Source of the DNA: Chiloscyllium plagiosum
Taxonomy: Eukaryota
Direction of reading: 5' to 3'
DNA length: 39,544 nt
Assembly: GCF_004010195.1 (NCBI RefSeq)
Contig: NC_057718.1
Coordinates: 13,268,963-13,308,506 of the forward strand
In this document: piece after piece, positions 33,096 to 39,544 of the stretch
Layout: each line of letters starts with the position of its first letter
How positions within the stretch are numbered: position 1 is the stretch's first letter
The notes under the pieces: generated by a model
What the model saw: the letters and a program-made list of their open reading frames with translations, nothing else
What the model was told of the DNA's origin: nothing
Database searches by the model: none
Program-made: the position numbers and the translations under genes

Positions 33096-34206
33096 GTTTT
33101 TTCAAGCTAGATTCAATAGGCTGTATCACGCTAAATATTCAAATTATAGTCAGTGTAAGTATCCATACAATGTAGTCTGGAGACAGGCCCAGCTTCCTGT
33201 GGTCTGCTCCGAAAGAAACAGATCACAGAATTTAATAGAGATTTACAATCTAAAGTGGTTGATAGAGATGACAATAAAATCTAATTCTAATACTAATGAT
33301 CATGGAGTGATCCAAGAGAGACAGATTTATTCCTAGTAATCAGATGACCTAGGATAAGGGGACATCGATAGAATATTAAGTGTAAGATACTCTGGACTGA
33401 AGCCAAAATTGATTTCTTTGCTCAGTGTGTGGGGGTCAGGACTAGACTTTAAAATAACAAAAATAAATGGTTAAGTGAAAGGTGAATTAAAAAGGAAAGG
33501 AGTTGCTACAGGTGGGTAGAAACAAAGGCAACATAAGAAAAAGATTTTTCACTCATAAGTGGTTAAGGTCTGAAAGGGACAGCCTTGAGAGTGTGGTAGA
33601 GACAGGATCAACCTGAAGCATTCCAAAGAGAATGAGTCTGTGATCTGAAGGGGAAGACTGTGTAGCGAGATTGTGGGATGATGGCACTAGGTGATTTGAT
33701 CATTCAGAGAGCTGTTGCACACACGATGGCCAAAAGAACTCCTGAACTATAATAGTTCTGTGTCTCTGTGATTCAGAAGAAATACAGGACTGGCCCTGTG
33801 GAGGATAAGCATTGCCACAGAACACTAAGGCCAAATGGCTTGCCTTCAGGTTGTAATGTCCATTTTGTTTGGTAAAATTATTTTAAGTTACTCATTTAAG
33901 TGTAGTTCCTTCATCTTATCTCCACCACTTCATTTATGTGCAACTAGTTACTCTCTTAGGCAGTGAACAGAAACCAGACAGTGGACAAATCCCAGTATGA
34001 AGGTCAGAGAGGGTACTTGGCAACTGCGTCTTCTCTGGGCATCCACCTTGGACAACAGTGCCCAAAATCTCAGGGCACACTCCATGAACAGTGACCCTCG
34101 CACCTTCCATTCAGAGGGGATGGCATTGGCCAAGCACTAGCGTCAGCACACCATCATGGCACATCTCTGATTCTATTACAATACAGCGCACCACTTCAAT
34201 ACTGGC

Positions 34207-34291
34207 AGAGACATTGCTGGAGAAACTCAGGAAATCTGGCAGCATCTGTGGACAGAGAAAACAGAGTTAACGTTTTGGGTCCAATGACTCT
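34207..34291 (-). mobile_element. 85-bp PLE-derived insertion with exact 15-bp TSD
   Basis: cacttcaatactggc at 34192-34206 and 34292-34306. The minus strand begins agagtcattggacccaaaacgttaac, at HHR stem II. Confidence 0.85.
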
Positions 34292-35777
34292 CACTTCAAT
34301 ACTGGCCTTTGAAGCTCATCGATATCTCACATTGCAATGCTGCTGCATGGCACATAGGGTCAGGCACCCACCTCTTACACCAAAGCACCTCAGAGCTCTT
34401 AACTTACTTTCAGTGTGTTCACTCACATTGCATCTACTTGGATGTTCACAGCATCTCTGCCTTGCTTTGCCTGTTTGCACATTGGCACCTTGTTCAGAAT
34501 TCACAGACTCACAGTACTTCTGCCTTGGCTTGCTTTTTTAATGCAGGTACAAAGCCAGACAGTTTGCCTGCAGTGGACAGTCAATGGGGTGGAAATGATG
34601 CTCTACAGCAGTGTGCTATGTCAATGTCATATTTGCACCATGTGACAAACATACCATTGTATATAATATATTCAGCTGATGGCCACATTCCAAAGTCTAA
34701 GGGGAATAATCCACAGTGAAGTCATCAGTCAGGGGCATTGTCCAATGACAGCCCAGGGATTTGGACCAGGTCAGTCAGCTGCTTGTGACATGAGTATTCA
34801 GGGATTCCTCACTGGATCAATGTCATTCTGCATAAACTTCACTGATTTCTGAAAATCCCTCTTGCAATCAGGTGGGACCACCACTAGGTCTCTACATCAG
34901 AAGAGAATTCACTCAGAGACATCACAAGGTTTTACTAACCCATAAATTAATAACACAGATATATTGTATTTTCCTTTCCCAAAATAGTGTGTGATCTTTT
35001 TAAGCATGTTATTTTCTATATTTTAATACATCTGTCAGTGGTGAAGAATTGAGGGAAATATCTGTAAAATGAGTTAAATTATGCCTAACATTTGTATTGA
35101 GGGTGAACCTGCATATTTATACAGCTGGATGTTTTACGTCTGAAGTGCTGATACTTTGCTTTTCTCAATGAGTTCAATCTCAGGATCATAGAAACGCCTG
35201 GTGAAAGTGGGTTATGGTCAGTCCTGCAGGTCTAGTATAACTTGTCTGAGAATTAGCAGTGAGTCAGCTAGGGCTTGCTGATGTCTTTTAGAACCTAATG
35301 CCTGAATGTTTTGTTAAAAACAATCGGTTGGTAAATTCCAGTCAGAGACTGAAAGGATCTGCAGGAACTAATTTGTTGCACCACCTCCTATCCCCCACAG
35401 TTAAAATGGCAGTGCTACCAACTTCCTCGAGAAAGATAATATAAACAGCTTCAGGGTTTTATCTCCCCATGTACCAGACTACCTTCTTACCCCAGTCCAC
35501 ACTGCATTGGTTACAACAAAACAAGTATTGGACCTGACTTTCAGACGGTTGTATTATTGGAGAGAATCTTCATTCATCAACAAAGTGGGTGACCCCATGT
35601 TCCTTGTTCACCCATCAGTTCAAATGAGTAAGCCTTTAGTGATGCAAATAAGTGTTTAGTAGTACAGAGTTTGAGTTGGTATTCTTGCAAAGTATCCTGA
35701 TGGGGGCAAGACTTTGGCAAAATTAATCTTTTTTCAGCAAAATGTATTCAGAGATGCTTGGAGTAATGATGTGCAGG

Positions 35778-35822
35778 GATAGATAGATAGATAGTTGGAT
35801 AGATGGATGGATAGTTGGATAT
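35778..35822. repeat. Imperfect (GATA)/(GGAT) microsatellite
   Basis: gatagatagatagatagttggatagatggatggatagttggat. Confidence 0.8.
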
Positions 35823-36679
35823 GCAGGTGACAGACATAGATATAAATGGACAGTTGATCAATCCATTCCTTCAAAGAAAAGATTTCTCCTTGATCATAAC
35901 CATGAAGAACAGATTGTGAATAATTGGTAAAAATGTAGCTTTGCAGAAAAATGCAAGTGTAGCCTTGTCCCAGACTCTCCTTTTGTTTTCCAGAACTTTC
36001 TCTGGACTCTACTATGCTGATTCCGCTCGGGTGTTAGTTCTTTAAGGCAGGACAACAGGATGATCTGTCTTAGTGATTCACCCACTGCCATCCAGCCCAG
36101 CCCCGCTCCATGAAGAGTAGGTGCCCCCTGTAGGGAATCACTGGTTCTGTCGGTTTATTTTCCATTGACTTGGCCATTTCATCAAGAGAGCAACAAAGTG
36201 TGGCTATGACCGCACACACACAAAAAAAGCAAAGTAGGAGTGGGTGATCTAGTTTCTTGAGACTGCTTTGCCATTCAATACGAATCTATCCTCCTATTAC
36301 AGGATTCCTTCAATGTCCAAGAATCTTTTGATCTCTCAAATATGTTCAAAAACTGAGCATCCAGATTTTGAAAGATTCAAAGAGTGAAGAAGTTTCTCCT
36401 CATCTTAATCCTAAACACTTGATCCCTTTACTCTAGCTCCATCAGCACTCTCCAGACAGGAAAAAGGCAGCTTCCAGCCTGGAAGCTGTCTAATCCCTCA
36501 ATGATTAATATGTTTAAAGTATGTCTCAATCATTTGACATTGTAATGGTGAGGAGAGGTGTTAAGAAACATTACTTCACCTAAAGGGTGGTAGTAAAATG
36601 GAATTCTCTCCAGTACATATTTGCTTAGTTAATAATTTAAAATCTGTGAATATTGTGGGGAATATTGACATATTGATGG

Positions 36680-36930
36680 AAATAAAAAAATGCTGGAGGT
36701 CACAGCAGGTCAGGCAGTATCCATGGAGGGAGAGCAAGCTAACGCTTTGAGTCTAGATGGCTCTTCATCAGAGCTGAAGTGAAGTGTGGAGGGGACAGTA
36801 TTAGGCAATACTGGAGGTGGAGTACTAGGGGAGAAAGGATGCTGATATGAAGCCTTTTGTCTTGCACTCATCAGGATAAATGCAAGAATGCCAAATTTCA
36901 AGAGATCACAACAACTTATGCTACAGGAAA
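36680..36930 (-). mobile_element. Two adjacent PLE 3' ends of different families, each with a decayed HHR
   Basis: Minus strand: CTGATGA-A-GAGCC-atcta-GACTC-AAAGCGTT (36741-36771) and CTGATGA-GT-gcaag-AC-AAAAGGCTTC (36849-36874). Confidence 0.7.
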
Positions 36931-38009
36931 GAAAGATTGAATAAGCAGCAGTACAAATTCTTGCAATCAATATTCAAGCATTTTTCTATAATCTGTACCC
37001 AATAGATTTTTACTAATCAGAAAGTTGGGATGGATATGGAATTAGGGTGAGCAGCTGGAGTCAGTGAATGCAGAAACAGGCTGGAGGGAATTACAGGGAC
37101 AACCTGTCTGACTGGAAATGGTACTTAGACCAGCACCCTCGCCTCATCACCAAAGAAACAATGATATTTACCTTATAGCTGCTCATCTTAAAATAAATGC
37201 TTGTTTTATATTGTTTGGCTTGGAGTATAAACAGGGGTAAGCATCAGTAACTCTGATTGATGGCAATATTTCTAAAAAATTTTAAACATCGATGCTGACC
37301 AGTTATATGCAGGATTGCAGACGTATCACTTTGTCTGAGGTGACAGACCAACCAATGGTGCGGAAGGTTGATCCAGGAATTCTTATGGGACTGAGTGAAG
37401 CCAATACTTTTTGAAGGATGTAAGGAACAAAGCATTGCAATTGTAACTCTGTTCTCTGGGCAATAAACCATTTGGCAGTGTGCCACATGCAGTTTGAATG
37501 GTCTGAAAAGAAACCTGCTTAGAGATGTCCTAATACAAAATCCACACTTGAGAACAGTAATGCAGGGTCAAAGGGGAAGACAAGAGTGCTTTTGTTTCCA
37601 TTGCTGTGTTAATGCTGTAAATGAGGAAAGTTTGCTTGAACAGGAGAGTTTTAATCATTAACAGAACTGTATTTGTTCCGCACTATTTCAGTACTTGAAC
37701 AGCACTGAAATAGGAAAACAAGAACATGTGAATGACACAAGACGGTTGAAAATGCTGGTTTCTGTTGGAGAGCCACACTGCAAAGAGAAATGCATTTACG
37801 CATAGGTTTGATAAACAGAAAGAGAAAGAGGAATCGATGTTTATCAAAGTGAATTTTAATGAAGAGGTGTGGGAGGAGTCTCATGCTGTGTCCAAGCACT
37901 AGTATGAACCAGCTGGAACAAATGACTTGGTTAGTTTGAACAAATATTGCAACCGGTGGAACATTGCCCAAGTCCTGATCCTAGCTTCGCCCATCCCACC
38001 ATTGCTGAT

Positions 38010-38300
38010 GAATTCCTGTTGCAGTCCATCATCAACCCGTGGCTTATTTTCTTTATCCATTATTTTATTCCCACTCTTGCAATCATCCAAAACTGTGTCT
38101 TGACTTGTCCCAAGATCTGTTCACCCATTGTCCCTATGCTCACTAACTACATGGAATCATGGTTAAGAAACACCTCCGTTTTTAAAAAAAATCCTCATCC
38201 TTTGTCTAAATATTCCTCCATTGCCTTGCTCCATCTCATATCAACTCCACATCTTTTCCATCCTTTCAAATGCTACATAAAAACTGTTTTCTAAATCCAA
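38010..38300 (+). mobile_element. L2-type LINE ORF2 C-terminal relic
   Basis: LAIIQNCVLTCPKICSPIVPMLT resembles the L2 motif LQxxQNxAARxLTxxxxxxxITPxLxxLHWLP. Confidence 0.55.
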
Positions 38301-38399
38301 CATTTAGGTGTCCACAAAGGAGTCTTTTCTTCTTCTTTTCTCCTTCTATCCCACTGTTTCCAGCTGTTCTTCCAGTCACGGATTAACTCTCTTTAACTT

Positions 38400-38800
38400 C
38401 CTGTCGAAGGTCACAAGGCTCTGGTTTCAATTCACACTCCAGGACCTGAGCACAAAACTCCAGGTTGATGCTGCAGGGCAGTACAGTGAAAGGTGAGGCA
38501 TTAAACCAAAATCCCTCAGGTGGATGGATGTGACCGTCCCCACAGCAATATTTTGAAGAACTGGGGAATTGTGCCTGGCGTCATGGCAAATATTCATCCT
38601 TCAATCAACATCACAAAAGCAGATTTTTCTGGTCATTTTCAGGTTGCTGTTTGTGGGAACTTGCTGTATGCAAATTAGTCCCTGTGTTTCCTTCATTACA
38701 ACAGTGACTACACTTTAAAAGTACTTTTTGGACATAGAGCACTTTGAAACATTCGATGGTCGTGAAAAACGACACAGGAGTACATCCCTTCCTTTTTTTA
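38400..38800 (+). mobile_element. Deu-core SINE
   Basis: cactccaggacctgagcacaaa...ttttgaagaa...ttgctgtttgtgggaacttgctgt...cattacaacagtgactacactt.aaaagtact. Confidence 0.75.
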
Positions 38801-39251
38801 GTTCATTTTAAGCATCTCTGCCATGTCCCCCACTCACCCTCTTACTGAAACATTCCTGTCCTACCTTATTTTATTTCCCATTCACCTCAGTCTGTGGTGT
38901 CAACCTCCTGCTCTGTGTCCTATCACACAGACTCTCTCAGTACATTAATGTATAATTATAAAAATGTAAGTCGGTGGGTGTTTTTATTGGCATGGTTTCA
39001 GTTCTTGCAATGATGTTGGTTTTCCCACTGACTTATTTAAAATAAAATGTACATGATTGCATCCTTGTGGCAAATTCCAGCATAATTGCAGTAAGTGGAA
39101 TGCATTTTATTCATTTTTTGTCAAAAAGCGAGACATTTCAGAAGCATGTCTGCCCTTCATAGAACTTTTGGAACAAGACCTGTTCCGTCTTTCATCCAGG
39201 AAAAGATAAGCTTCCAATTTTATACATAAAATCCCAATAGAAATCAAGATG

Positions 39252-39544
39252 GAGCGTCAGAGGCTGAGGGGTGACCTTATAGAGGTTTACAAAATTATGA
39301 GGGGCATGGATAGGATAAATAGACAAAGTATTTTCCCTGGGGTCGGGGAGTCCAGAACTAGAGGGCATAGGTTTAGGGTGAGAGGGGAAAGATATAAAAG
39401 AGACCAAAGAGGCAACTTTTTCATGCAGAGGGTGGTACATGTATGGAATGAGCTGCCAGAGGATATGGTGGAGGCTGGTACAATTGCAACATTTAAGAGG
39501 CATTTGGATGGGTATATGAATTGGAAGGGTTTGGAGGGATATGG
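39252..39544 (+). mobile_element. CR1/HER1 LINE 3' fragment running off the window end
   Basis: ERQRLRGDLIEVYKIMRGMDRIN...RTRGHRFRVRG...VWNELPE. Confidence 0.92.

Overview
This is eukaryotic, repeat-rich, largely non-coding DNA. The repeat families point to a cartilaginous fish, most likely a shark: HE1-type tRNA/V-SINEs with (AATCT)n tails, CR1/HER1-type LINE 3' fragments, Deu-core SINEs, L2, Penelope-like elements (PLEs), a Tigger-like MITE and a Gypsy relic. I recognise no intact protein-coding gene. Most ORFs in the track are translations of decayed repeats. A CpG-enriched, repeat-poor block at ~2.4-4.1 kb looks like a promoter/first-exon region of an unidentified gene, and the rest is compatible with a long intron. 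The strongest signal is a set of more than ten short PLE-derived insertions from several sequence families. They carry minimal hammerhead-ribozyme (HHR) motifs, several have 8-15 bp target-site duplications (TSDs), and their 5' breakpoints or inversion points fall repeatedly in the ribozyme core. One copy starts exactly at the predicted cleavage site and one forms an 84-bp-arm palindrome centred on the core. A ~42-copy 26-bp minisatellite appears to have been amplified from the truncated end of a LINE. PLE hammerheads as such are known, so novelty is limited to these local patterns. Family names come from pattern recognition without a database search, and most repeat boundaries are approximate.
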